Assembly (NCBI GenBank): GCA_964016885.1 | Contig: OZ024744.1 | Span: 40,672,001 to 40,736,000, forward strand | DNA: 64,000 nucleotides | Direction: 5' to 3' | Source: Eledone cirrhosa | Lineage: Eukaryota | Shown: positions 40,301-55,455 of the stretch, in pieces | Layout of the letters: each line of letters opens with the position of its first letter | Position numbering within the stretch: position 1 is the stretch's first letter | Notes under the pieces: model-generated | What the model saw: the letters and a program-made list of their open reading frames with translations, nothing else | Databases searched by the model: none | Told to the model about the DNA's origin: nothing | Program-made: the position numbers and the translations under genes

Positions 40301-40830
40301 TCGTAAAATCTATCCTTAAGTTCGTCTGGCAACCCCGATTGGGGTGCGTAAGCTGATATTATTGTGGTAATTGTTTTATTCAGGACTAGTCTGAGTTTAA
40401 TGATTCTTGTATTTACCCTGTACACTGAGATTACTTTATCTACCCACTTGTCAGCTAGTGGTATACCTACACCACCCATCCCATCGTTATTTCCCACCCA
40501 GAAAAATGTGGAGCACTGACTTTTTCCTACAAGGACTCTAGCAGACTCTCCTCTCCATCTAGTCTCTTGCACACAGCATACATCAATTTCCTTTCGCTCT
40601 AGCATTTCTACGATTTCTCCTGCTCTTCCTTTCATTGTGCTTACATTGATGGTACCAACTTGGAGTTTTGGGCATTTGTCGACACTCGTAGGGAAGGGCG
40701 ATTTTTGCAGGGGTGTGTGTGTGCTTCCTCTCTCTGGATTGGGGCTTCACATGGGTGCTTGGTAGCTCGCGGATTCATATTCATTTCATCTATTAATTCA
40801 GAGTTGCTCCAATTTATTCTCAGCTCATCC
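37320..40830 (-). mobile_element. near full-length RTE-clade LINE (APE, RT, PHD-like finger, C-terminal domain) with several stops/frameshifts; 5' end approximate
   Basis: GTINV, VQETRW, SAYAPQ, GDFNGH, QIDFI, SQH (APE); NYRGI, QFGF, QGSVLSP, YADD (RT); (GAT)n tail. Confidence 0.93.
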
Positions 40831-41092
40831 ATACATAACGGTAGGAAAATTCAGGGCTAGAAGAACAGTGGTGGTGGTGGTAATAATGGCAGGGTGTGTT
40901 GGGCTGGGACGGGGGAGGAGAGAGTTAGGCAATAGTAGTAGAAGAAATGGCATGCTGAGGTTTGATTGGTCGAATAGGCTATGGTGGTGGGAAGGAAATT
41001 GTGAGGTAGGCAGCCAGTCATGGCTATCAAAATAACCGATAGAAGTGAATACAGCATGGCAAGATAACCGATAGAAATGAATACAGCTACAA

Positions 41093-41932
41093 TAATAATT
41101 GTTTCTACTTTAGGCACAAGGCCAGCAATTACCCAGTGCATTACTGGTATTTTATTTTATCGACCCCGTAAGGATGAAAGGCAGAGTTAACCTCGGCGGG
41201 ATTTGAACTCAGAATGGCATGGGCCGTAACTCTATGCGTCAAAGAATGGCGTCCGATACTGCCAATCCACTACAATAATAATAATAGCCAGTCATGGCCT
41301 GTAGCCTTTGATGGAAAAATAGACAGATAGAGAGGCAGCATGGTAAGAGAAAATGAGGGTAATAAAATAAATGTGTTGTGGGAGCTAGCGAAGTGATAAA
41401 TACAGCAATAGTTGCGAGCAGAACATTTGCTTGGGGAAATAGGGATACCTGAGAAGATTTGTATGGATGGATGGCTGGAACGTAGCTAAACAGCTCTTAG
41501 TGATTTATTTTAGTCTTTCAGAGTAGAGTGTGTCTTATCTCTTCAATAACTTCAAGATGAGTGAGGAGGAATGGGTGTAGAGGGAAAGGGAGGTAATAGG
41601 TGGCTTAGAGATAGATAGAGAGAGAGGGTAGCCATCATAGAGGGGGGGGGTAGCCATCATAGAGAGAGGGTCGCCGTCATGGCTATCAAAATAACCGATC
41701 AAATACAGCATGGCAAAATGGTAAAATAACCGATAGAAATGAATACAGCTACAATAATAATTGTTTCTACTTTTGGCACAAGGCCAGCAATTAACCAGTA
41801 CATTACTGGTACTTTATTTTATCGACCCCGTAAGGATGAAAGGCAAAGTCAACATCGGCGGGATTTGAACTCAGATCGTAAAGGGACGTAACTATGCTGG
41901 AAAGCATGGCGTCCGACCCTCTACCGATACTG
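41093..41932 (-). mobile_element. two Meta/MESC-like SINE copies (41093-41270, 41752-41932) inside a locally duplicated segment
   Basis: Both share the same flanks (gtcatggctatcaaaataaccgat... and gtcatggcctgtag...gagggtaa). Confidence 0.8.
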
Positions 41933-42022
41933 AGTCATGGCCTGTAGTATTTGATAGAAAAATAGACAGATAGAGAGGCAGCACGGTAAGAGAAAATGAG
42001 GGTAACAAAATAAATGTATTGT

Positions 42023-42091
<69 letters not shown>

Positions 42092-42399
42092 ATGTGTGTG
42101 TGTGTGTGTGTACACACATATATATTATGAAGATGTATTTTTGTGCTTCAGTTAATCTTTTATCACTCCCATAGCAAATGTAACTTGTTTCAAAATATTT
42201 CGTCGGTGGGTAAATGCTTATAGTTTGATTGATCAGGAAGGGGACTTTGTGATCAGTTGATGGAGGAAAAAAAGGAGAAAGGCTGAGAAAAATAGAAAAA
42301 TGTGAAAAGGGGAAGCAAAATGTTAGGGAAAGAAAAAGGAAAAGGAAAATATATGCAGCAAGAGCTGAAGAAACATATGAAGGGTACAGTTTTATCATT

Positions 42400-42750
42400 A
42401 TCATCATCATCCTCATCGTTTAATGCCCATATTCCACGCACGCTAGCATGAGTAGGACAGGGTGTCTCTTTGTGAGAGATCAGGTCAGAGGATTGTGCTT
42501 CACTCATACAGAACTGATTTTGGCTTGGTTTCTATGGCTGGATACCCTTCCTGACTCCCACATATTTACAGTGTGGGATGGGTGCTTTTTGTTGTGACAC
42601 CTACACAACCTGTTTAGTGTGGACTGGCTGCTTTTTGTTGTGACACCTACAAAACCACTTTACAGTGTGGACTGGGCGCTTTTTGTTGTGACACACCTAC
42701 ATGACCACTTTACAGTGTGGACTGGGAGCTTTTATCATGACACTTACATG
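42400..42750 (-). mobile_element. RTE 3'UTR-type tail with internal ~45-bp tandem repeats
   Basis: gctggatacccttcctga motif; repeated cagtgtggactggg.gctttttgttgtgacac. Confidence 0.65.
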
Positions 42751-42944
42751 TATATGTATGGTAATTAGTGGCGTTGATGTTAGTTATTTTCTTCATATCA
42801 TGTTTTATCTATTTTTAGTTTGATGTATATGCATGTTCATCAAATTCCTACATTGGATTTTCACTCTGGAACTGGAATTTTACCCAGACACTACTTGAAC
42901 TTCCACTTGGATATCTTTTTAGATCCCTGGATCTTCTGATATGC

Positions 42945-42980
<36 letters not shown>

Positions 42981-43562
42981 CTGATGGTAGCTAAGATGCT
43001 TCCATATGTGGTATGCCGGTTGAGCACTCTATGCTCTTACAGAGCAGAGTATGATAGAATAGAGAACGAAAAATCAGTGATGCATCTGAACTCACTTGTT
43101 TCCCCGGCGGACAGCAGGAGACGCGATCATTGTGTGGATCTGTCTGATTCTGGACCCGCAGGTTCGACGGACACTTCTATTGATTTTGGAGCAACCCTTG
43201 CAAGCAGGGAAAAGCGGACATAAAATGATGATGATTCTCTCACCGGGGAAACAATTGTAACACACAATAAACTGAGTTCAGATGCATCACTGATATTTCC
43301 TTTTCTATTCTATATATATAAATGAAGATGATGAAATGATGATATATATATATATCATCATTTCATCATCTTCATTTCATTTTACGTCCGCTTTTCCCTG
43401 CTTGCAAGGGTGGGACAGGAACAGATTCTGGGTTGATTTCTACAGCTGGATGCCCTTCCTAACACCAACCTCATTTACAGTGAGTGCTGGCTGCTTTTTT
43501 GCTGTGGCACCTCCACGACCATTTTGCAGTGGAATGATAGGGACATCTCATTTCTACAGCTG

Positions 43563-46088
<2,526 letters not shown>

Positions 46089-46113
46089 ATATAATTATAC
46101 ATTATATATATAA

Positions 46114-46969
46114 TCCGCTGAACCGGTGCGTACTCACACTCTATGCAAATTAGTCTGCCCACTACTAATTTTCATGGAAAAAGCATATAACGATATGTGC
46201 TTTTACAATTCTCCAGAAGGGCCGGTAGATAGGTAAATATTGCTGATGAGTTGTAACAACAACGAAACTAGTTCAATATTCCTTGTCTGGCTTTCTGGAG
46301 AATAGAGGGAAGGTGTTCCCCCGAAAACCAGTATGACTCTAAAAACCGGTTTGTCTTTGTGTTTACATACAGAATAGCTGGGTTGCTCACAGTAAAGCAA
46401 CCACTGAAAGACTTGTTACACCTACATATGTATACGTGTGTGTATTCATATACACACTAGTATTTCAGTATGCATATGTAGATGTACATTTTTAACTTAA
46501 TTGTTTAAGCGTCAGTCATACAAAAGTGAGTTACAAACGAAACGAAATTTAATTTCGTTTCGTTATTTGTTTTTATCGTCTCCGCTGAACCGGTGCGTAC
46601 TCACACTCTATGCAAATTAGTCTGCCCACTACTAATTTTCATGGAAAAAGCATATAACGATATGGGCTTTTACAATTCTCCAGAAGGGCCGGTAGATAGG
46701 TAAATATTGCTGATGAGTTGTAACAACAACGAAACTAGTTCAATATTCCTTGTCTGGCTTTCTGGAGAATAGAGGGAAGGTGTTCCCCCGAAAACCAGTA
46801 TGACTCTAAAAACCGGTTTGTCTGTGTGTTTACATACAGAATAGCTGGGTTGCTCACAGTAAAGCAACCAGTGAAAGACTTGTTACACCTACATATGTAT
46901 ACGTGTGTGTATTCATATACACGCTAGTATTTCAGTATGCATATGTAGATGTACATTTTTAACTTAATT

Positions 46970-46972
<3 letters not shown>
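46114..46972 (+). repeat. 467-bp tandem repeat (about 1.85 units), hammerhead family B
   Basis: Unit starts at 46115 and 46582; CTGATGA at 46243 and 46710; octamer at 46143 and 46610. Confidence 0.9.
46236..46280 (+). ncRNA. minimal type I hammerhead ribozyme, family B (second copy 46703-46747)
   Basis: aatattg CTGATGA gttg-taacaa-caac GAAA ctag TT caatatt: perfect 7-bp stem I and 4-bp stem II. Confidence 0.88.
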
Positions 46973-46996
<24 letters not shown>

Positions 46997-47000
<4 letters not shown>

Positions 47001-50000
47001 AGTATGTATACGAACATACATATATGTATACAGACGTACAGTAGTATGTATATATATATATATATACATACCAACACACATATATATATGTACGTATGGA
47101 TTATACGAACATTTATTATAATGCTCGGTGTGTTTGTAAACAAACATCTCGTATTAAGCCGTACAGTGTCTAGCAAGCATCGTTGCTCATCTGTTCAACA
47201 CTGACAAAGGAACGCTGTACTAGTTTCAAGCTTATTAGCTATCGTCAGCAACGTATACCTTCCTGCCAGATGGTTGAACGTCTGAAAGTATATACTTTCC
47301 TTATGCATATTAACGGTTGAGCAGCCTAATTTGCATATCGAGTGAGTTAATCGGCCGGGGTAACGACATCGATAAACGGAAAAAATGAAACGAAATTTCA
47401 TTTCTCACACTTAGTACGGCTGTTACTTAAATATAAGTATGTATACATACATACATATATGTATACAGACGTACACCAGTATGTATATACATACATGCAC
47501 ACATATATATATATATATGTAAGTATGGATTCACCGAACATTTATTATAATTCTCGGTGAGTTTGTAAACAAACATCCCGTATTAAGCCGTACAGTGTCT
47601 AGCAACAATCGTTGCTCATTTGTTCAACACTGACAAGGGAACGCTTTACTAGTTTCAAGCTTATTAGTTATCGTCAGCAACGTATACCTTCCTGCCAGAT
47701 GATTGAATGTCTGAAAGTATATACTTTCCTCATGCATACTAAGTGCTGAGCAGCCTAATTTTCATATCGAGTGAGTTAATCGGCCAGGGTACCGAAAACG
47801 ATAAACGGAAAAAATGAAACGAAATTTCATTTCTTACTCTTATTACGGCTGTTACATAAATAGAAGTATGTATACGTACATACATATATGTATACAGACG
47901 TACAGTAGTATGTATATATATATATACATGCACACATATATATATATGTACGTATGGATTCACCGAACATTTATTATAATGCTCCGTGTGTTTGTAATCA
48001 AACATCCCGTATTAAGCCGTACAGTGTCTAGCAACCATCGTTGCTCATTTGTTCAACACTGACAAAGGAACGCTGTACTAGTTTCAAGATTATTAGCTAT
48101 CGTCAGCAACGTATAACTTCCTGCCAGATGATTGAACGTCTGAAAGTATATACTTTCCTTATGCATATTAACGGCTGAGCAGTCTAATTTGCATATCGAG
48201 TGAATTAATCGGCCGGGGTACCGAAAACGATAAACGGAAAATATGAAACGAAATTTCATTTCTCACTCTTAGTACGGCTGTTACTTAACTATAAGTATGT
48301 ATACATACATTCATATATGTATACAGACGTACAGTAGTATGTATATATATATACATACATGCACACATATAGATATATGTACGTATGGATTCACCGAACA
48401 TTTATTATAATGCTCGGTGTGTTTATAAACAAACATCCCGAATTAAGCCGTACAGTGTCTAGCAACCATCGTTGCTCATTTGTTCAACACTGACAAAGGA
48501 ACGCTGTACTAGTTTCAAGCTTATCAGCTATCGTCAGCAACGAATACCTTCCTGCCAGATGATTGAACGTCTGAAAGTATATACTTTCCTTATGCATATT
48601 AACGGTTGAGCAGCCTAATTTGCATATCGAGTGAGTTAATCGGCCGGGGTAACGAGATCGATAAACGGAAAAAATGAAACGAAATTTCATTTCTCACACT
48701 TAGTACGGCTGTTACTTAAATATAAGTATGTATACGTACATACATATATGTATACAGACGTACACCAGTATGTATATACATACATGCACACATATATATA
48801 TATATGTAAGTATGGATTCACCGAACGTTTATTATAATTCTCGGTGAGTTTGTAAACAAACATCCCGTATTAAGCCGTACAGTGTCTAGCAACAATCGTT
48901 GCTCATTTGTTCAACACTGACAAGGGAACGCTTTACTAGTTTCAAGCTTATTAGTTATCGTCAGCAACGTATACCTTCCTGCCAGATGATTGAATGTCTG
49001 AAAGTATATACTTTCCTCATGCATACTAAGTGCTGAGCAGCCTAATTTTCATATCGAGTGAGTTAATCGGCCAGGGTACCGAAAACGATAAACGGAAAAA
49101 ATGAAACGAAATTTCATTTCTTACTCTTATTACGGCTGTTACATAAATAGAAGTATGTATACGTACATACATATATGTATACAGACGTACAGTAGTATGT
49201 ATATATATATATACATGCACACATATATATATATGTACGTATGGATTCACCGAACATTTATTATAATGCTCCGTGTGTTTGTAATTAAACATCCCGTATT
49301 AAGCCGTACAGTGTCTAGCAACCATCGTTGCTCATTTGTTCAACACTGACAAAGGAACGCTGTACTAGTTTCAAGATTATTAGCTATCGTCAGCAACGTA
49401 TAACTTCCTGCCAGATGATTGAACGTCTGAAAGTATATACTTTCCTTATGCATATTAACGGCTGAGCAGTCTAATTTGCATATCGAGTGAATTAATCGGC
49501 CGGGGTACCGAAAACGATAAACGGAAAATATGAAACGAAATTTCATTTCTCACTCTTAGTACGGCTGTTACTTAACTATAAGTATGTATACATACATTCA
49601 TATATGTATACAGACGTACAGTAGTATGTATATATATATACATACATGCACACATATAGATATATGTACGTATGGATTCACCGAACATTTATTATAATGC
49701 TCGGTGTGTTTATAAACAAACAACCCGAATTAAGCCGTACAGTGTCTAGCAACCATCGTTGCTCATTTGTTCAACACTGACAAAGGAACGCTGTACTAGT
49801 TTCAAGCTTATCAGCTATCGTCAGCAACGAATACCTTCCTGCCAGATGATTGAACGTCTGAAAGTATATACTTTTCTTATGTATATGCATATTAACGGCT
49901 GAGCAGTCTAATTTGCATATCCAGTGAGTTAATCGGCCAGGGTACCGAAAGCGATAAACAGAAAAAATGAAACGAAATTTAATTTCTCACTCTTAGTACG

Positions 50001-50079
50001 GCTGTTACTTAAATATAAGTATGTATACGTACATACATATATGTATGCAGACGTACAGTAGTATGTATATATATATATA
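46997..50079 (-). repeat. family A hammerhead tandem array, 7+ units of 427-431 bp with a 1287-bp trimer repeat
   Basis: Reverse CTGACGA (tcgtcag) at 47242, 47671, 48100, 48531, 48958, 49387 and 49818. Confidence 0.93.
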
Positions 50080-50578
50080 TGTAGCGACGTGGTTAGTCAG
50101 TCTAGTCACTACTTCTGATCAGATCCGAGAATAGCCCTTAGAAGGACTCTTATCGCATACGGCCTGATCAGATCTGAAGATAGCCTTTAAAAGGACTGTT
50201 GTCGCATATAGCCCTTAAAAGAACTGTTGAGGATGGACAGACGAAAGCACAAGTTGAAAGGACGAAGCAAGGCGAGATGTAAATTCGATCAGCTATTTAT
50301 TTTCACATGAAGCGACGATACGGGGTACAAAGCGTGTGTGAGTGACAAAGCGTAGCAGAGTAAAGGAACAACGATGCGCTAGCTGACTCTGCCAAAAGTC
50401 GACTCCCGAAGTGTTGGGAACCACTCTATTTATACAGGAACAATCGTTTGATGTTTAGTCAATGTATAGGCGTTTATTCTGGTAGGTTCTAAGGGTTCTT
50501 TTGTTTCACGTTGCGGTAGCTAGATAACAGGTAGATGGCGCTGTATATTTCACAGATGTTATTTCCGGTGGCTGTACA
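50080..50578 (-). repeat. 3' LTR (PPT-like agggggct adjacent at about 50581-50588)
   Basis: tgtagcgacg...ggctgtaca direct repeat of 54964-55455 with several substitutions and indels. Confidence 0.92.
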
Positions 50579-51512
50579 TTAGCCCCCTGACAGTTCTTTT
50601 GTACAACAAAAGAGCGAAATATCGTATAGTAATGGGCCAGTGGTGCATTTGTCATGACAATAGCCCCAGGAGTGTCCAGCACGTTGTGAAATTTTGTGAT
50701 CATCGAGTACAGGACAGAGTCGATGTAGAGATGATATGGCAAGATGTGTGTGTCAGGAAGAGAAAAAAGAAATAAACTATAAAATGACTTTGACCAGATT
50801 TATGCAGGCGTGATGAATGAGCCTGTTGCAATTTCGGTTGAGCTGCCTGTGAATTGCGTGACAAAAAGTCTAACTGGGCAGTGAAAATAACCGTAATGTG
50901 TGAACTGAATGGCCGTAAGCATGCTGCCTAAAATTACAGTTTGCTCCACAGCATATGACTTGAGCGAATGCATGTGGTAAAAAAAATAGCGAGGCATTCT
51001 CGAGCTATTGAGTGAATGTGTACGTGAAAAAAGAAGGCCAGTGTTTTGAGAATGCGATTTGTGAAATGCGTGATCAAAGAGAAAACATTTTGTAGTGTAA
51101 GAGTTAGAGGGACACAAATATCTATTGCTCAGTGTATGAACTAAAAGGGTGAAACAAACGTGGTTTTGTAGTGTGCATGAAAAACAGAATATGTACACGC
51201 CTTGTATGTATATAAAAATTATGGCAATTACACAATCAATGTTACAGAACAAGAAAAATATAAATTTTTGCAAAACAAGAGAGTGAAGATAAAAAAATGT
51301 TATACACAATGATATACACAATGTTTGTTCTTAAATAGAGTTTGTAATAAATAATGTTCATTATAAATAATGTTCTTCGTGACATGAGCACATGGTCACT
51401 AAAAATTGCAATTGTTCAAGCAGAAAGTTCATTGTATTTGAAACTGGAAATAGTAAACACAAGAAAAATGGAAATGTTTTGCACGAAGAATGATTAAGAA
51501 ACTCACTTGAGG

Positions 51513-54500
51513 TTAACGGTAATTCACATATTGTGCCAACTTTGCGGGCCAATGGACGCTTCGTCCGCTTCTCGTGACTGGAGATGAAACAGGTGGCTCG
51601 CTGGGACAGCAATCTGTTGGAGTTTCTGGTGTAGAGACTGTAACAGTATCCATGATGGCTTTTTTTAATCTGTCCACGCTGACAGAATTCTGTTTACCAT
51701 CTAGATCGAGAATAAAATATTTCTGATATTTTTTTAGAACACGACAAGGGCCAGAATATGGAGGTCGAAGATGAGCTGAGATGGTGTCGTTTCGAACGAA
51801 AACGTGTGTCCAATCTTTAATGTCTGAAGGTACGTGTGTGGCTGTGTTCTGTTGACGGGTGCTTGCAGGAGCAAGGTGAGACATATATTGTCGAATATGG
51901 TGTACGTATGATCCTGGAACATCCTGAGGAGAGATGGGAGCAACCATCTGACCAGGTAGAACCAGGGTGGTGCCGTACACTAATTCTGCAGATGTGTGTC
52001 CGAATTCCTCCTTAACGGTGGATCGAATAGCCAAAAGGATGAGTGGTAGGTATTCAAACCAGTGGGTCTTGTATGGATATGCTTTTATTGCAGCTTTCAA
52101 TTGACGTTGGAATCGTTCCACGAGACCATTAGCTTGCGGGTGATAAGCTGTCGTGCGGATGTGTTTACATCCTAATAGGCGAGTCAGTTCCCTGAAGAGG
52201 TGGGAGTCAAATTGGCGTCCTCTGTCCATTGTTATCTTCGCTGGGGCGCCATAACGTGATACCCAGTGTAAAACCAAAGTTTTAGCGACTGTTTCCGCTG
52301 AGGTATCATTTATGGGAAAAGCCTCAGGCCAACGGGAAATTCGATCTATGCAAGTGAGCAAGTGTGTGTAGTTCTGTGATGGTGGTAGAGGTCCGACGAT
52401 GTCGATATGCACATGATGAAAACGTGCATAAGGTTGCGCGAATGTGCCGAGTGGAGTTTTGATGTGTCTGTGGACTTTGGCTTTCTGGCAGGCAATGCAG
52501 CTCCTGGACCAGTCGCGCACGTCTTTGTTAATGTTAGTCCACACAAAACGAGCAGAGATGAGTTTCTGTGTAGCCCGGATTCCCGGGTAAGACAAGCAGT
52601 GTAAAGCAGAAAAAACTTGTCGACGTTGCATCTGTGGTACGTACGGTCGTTCATGACCGGTAGAAAGGTCGCACCAAATTTGTCCCGGAGAAGAAGGAAT
52701 GGGAACTTGCTGAAACTTGAGGGATGGCGAATCTCGGAGCTGGATAAACTCTTCGTCAGTCTCTTGGTCAGCTGCGATCTGTTGAAGGTCGATGCTTGAA
52801 TGCACATATATTGCGTTCAGTTGGATTCGGGACAGGGCGTCGGCTGCTACGTTGTCTGATCCCTTGATATGCCGAATATCAGTTGAATATTGGGAGACAA
52901 AATCCAGGTGTCGGAGTTCTCTCGGTGAATGTCGATCAGGTTTGGTACGGAACGCATAAATTAATGGTTTATGGTCCGTGTAGATCACGAAATCTGATCC
53001 TTCGAGCATGTGCCGAAAATGCTTAACCGAAAGATTGGTTGCCAAGAGTTCGCGGCTAAAGGTACTGTATTTCGTTTCTGCCGGCTGCAACCGCTTAGAA
53101 AAGAAGGATAAGGGTTGCCACACGCCGTCGACATGTTGTTGTAAAACGCCTCCAACCCCCGTGTCTGATGCGTCCACAAGCAGCGAAAGAGGAGCGCCAG
53201 ACCTGGGGAAAACGAGCATGGAAGCGTTTGCCAACATTTCCTTCAGGCGGTTAAAAGATGTTAATTCTTCCTCGTTTAGAGTGATCTCTTCATTTTTGCG
53301 AGACCGGTTACGAAGAAGGTCCGTGAGGAGTCTGGCTGCGTCGGAAGAATGAGGGATAAACCGCCTATAAAAATTCACCAGACCGAAGAATTCACGCAGT
53401 TTCCGAAGTGATGTAGGTGCAGGAAAACTGCGGATAGCTTCTACTTTCTCGGGAAGTGGGCGAATGCCGTCTTTATCGATGATGTGCCCGAGAAAGGACA
53501 GTGAGGAACGCCGAGAAGGCACTTGCTGGGGTTGTTGATGATACCGTACTCAGCCAAACGTCGGAAAAGGAGATCTAAGTGCTTCTCGTGTTCATTCTCG
53601 GAAGCACTTGCTACCAGTATGTCGTCAATATACGCGTATACGAAGGGTAGATCGCGTAACACGGTGTCGATAAACCGCTGAAAAGTTTGTGCAGCGTTGC
53701 GCAGACCGAACGGCATTCGCAGGAATTCGAATAAACCGAACGGTCTTGTGATTACGGTCTTCGGAATGTCTGCAGGCTCCATAGGTATCTGGTTATATGC
53801 ACGCACCAAATCTACCTTGGAAAAGATACGTGCGCCTTGCAGAGAGGCAGAAAAATCGTGCAGGTGAGGTACAGGGTAATTATCGGGCACTGTAGAATTG
53901 TTAAGTGCACGATAATCCCCACATGGTCGCCAATCATTCTCGGTTTTTTTTTTGGAACAAGGTGTAGGGGTGCAGACCAGTTGCTGGAGGAAGGGCGAAT
54001 GATTCCGAGGTCCAGCATGTGTTAGAACTCCTGCTTGGCGATTCTCAATCGGTCTGGAGGCAGTCTCCTTGGTCGGGCAGCTCTGGGTGGTCCCATTGTC
54101 TCGATGTGGTGCGTGACACTATGCTTAATGGGACCATCCTTAAATACCGGGCGAGTGATGTCTGGGTATTTCTGGAGAATGCCGTTGTACCGCGAAGGCT
54201 CTGGCTGGCAAATTACAGGGCTCACTGTGGATTGCGTCGTAAATATACCTCTCACAGTGAGGTTTGTGGTGGTGTCGATAAGCCTCCGGTTCTTCATATC
54301 CACCAGAAGGTTGAAGTTGTGGAGAAAATCGGCTCCTAGGATCGGGGTCGGCAGGTCTGCCACGACGAACACCCATTGAAAACGCCACCTCAGGCCTAAA
54401 TTGAGGGTCAGGGATTTTACCCCGAAAGTGGGAATTCACGATCGGTTCACTGCCTGCAGCTGCAGAAAGGACGGGGTTAGGTGTCTTTTGCCCGAGATTA

Positions 54501-54600
54501 GTGAAACAGGAATAACACTAACCTGAGCTCCTGTATACACGAGGTAACGGATGCCTGTCGCCTGGTCGTTAATAAAAAATAGACGACTTTTCTTTTCAGT
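51513..54600 (-). pseudogene. pol: pol: protease (LVYTGA, catalytic D lost), RT (YIDD), RNase H, integrase
   Basis: ORFs 54436, 54022, 53441 and 51513: [56 protein letters not shown]. Confidence 0.93.
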
Positions 54601-54944
54601 ACCAGGGGTGAACGTCGTCCCCAGGCCCTGGGTGGCATTCCGGAAAGAGCACGGGGCTTTGCACTTAGATGCCTGTGCGCCGAAATTTGTGTGATACCAG
54701 CAGAGGTTGCCAGGCACACGATTTTGACTGGGACTACTGGATCTTCGATTGTGAAAAGGCCTGGATCGATTGTTGCTGCGTCACCGGTGTGTTTGAAAGG
54801 TCAGGTTCTCTACTTGATTTGAGAGGGCTTTAATTTGAGAGCCCGCTCTCTGATCATAGCCCGCAGCTCTGAAATCTCGACCTCTGTCGTTTTTGCATGT
54901 CCATGTTGGTATTTTCTTAGATGCTATCTGGTTGCGCGTTCGAC

Positions 54945-54961
54945 TCACGTTCGGGTCACCA
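54945..54961 (-). promoter_or_regulatory. primer-binding site, tRNA-Trp-like
   Basis: TGGTGACCCGAACGTGA just inside the 5' LTR, close to the tRNA-Trp PBS TGGTGACCCCGACGTGA. Confidence 0.75.
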
Positions 54962-54963
54962 AT

Positions 54964-55455
54964 TGTAGCGACGTGGTTAGTCAGTCTAGTCACTACTTCT
55001 GATCAGATCCGAGAATAGCCCTTAGAAGGACTCTTATCGCATACGGTCTGATCAGATCTGAAGATAGCCCTTAAAAGGACTGTTGTCGCATATAGCCCTT
55101 AAAAGAACTGTTGAGGATGGACAGACGAAAGAACAAGTTGAAAGGACGAAGCAAGGCGATCAGCTATTTATTTTCACATGAAGCGACGATACAGGGTACA
55201 AGGCAATGCGTGTGTGAGTGACAAAGCGTGGTAGAGTAAAGGAACAACGATGCGCTAGCTGACTCTGCCAAAAGTCGACCGGCGAAAGTGTTTGGAACCA
55301 CTCTATTTATACAGAAACAATCGTTTGATGTTTAGCCGGTGTGTAAGCGTTTATTCTGGTAGCTTTTAAGGGTTCTTTTGTTTCACGTTGCGGTAGCTAG
55401 CTAACAGGTAGATCGCGCTGTATATTTCACAGATGTTATTTCCGGTGGCTGTACA
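54964..55455 (-). repeat. 5' LTR
   Basis: Direct repeat of 50080-50578, adjacent to the PBS. Confidence 0.92.

Larger units (their letters stand above)
50080..55455 (-). mobile_element. Ty3/Gypsy LTR retrotransposon with both LTRs; gag largely deleted, pol frameshifted
   Basis: LTRs 54964-55455 (5') and 50080-50578 (3'), TG...CA; PBS and PPT present; tata on both flanks. Confidence 0.95.

Noticed and set aside
46997-50079. Regularly spaced repeats as a CRISPR array, or repeated 60-90 aa ORFs as a peptide gene cluster
   Set aside because: Whole ~430-bp units repeat with no unique spacers, there are no cas genes, and the context is eukaryotic. The ORFs run through (TA)n and break with microsatellite indels.
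50800-51321. Possible env or ORF3 in the Gypsy 3' region
   Set aside because: Non-ATG start, low-complexity composition, no furin site or other recognisable envelope motif.
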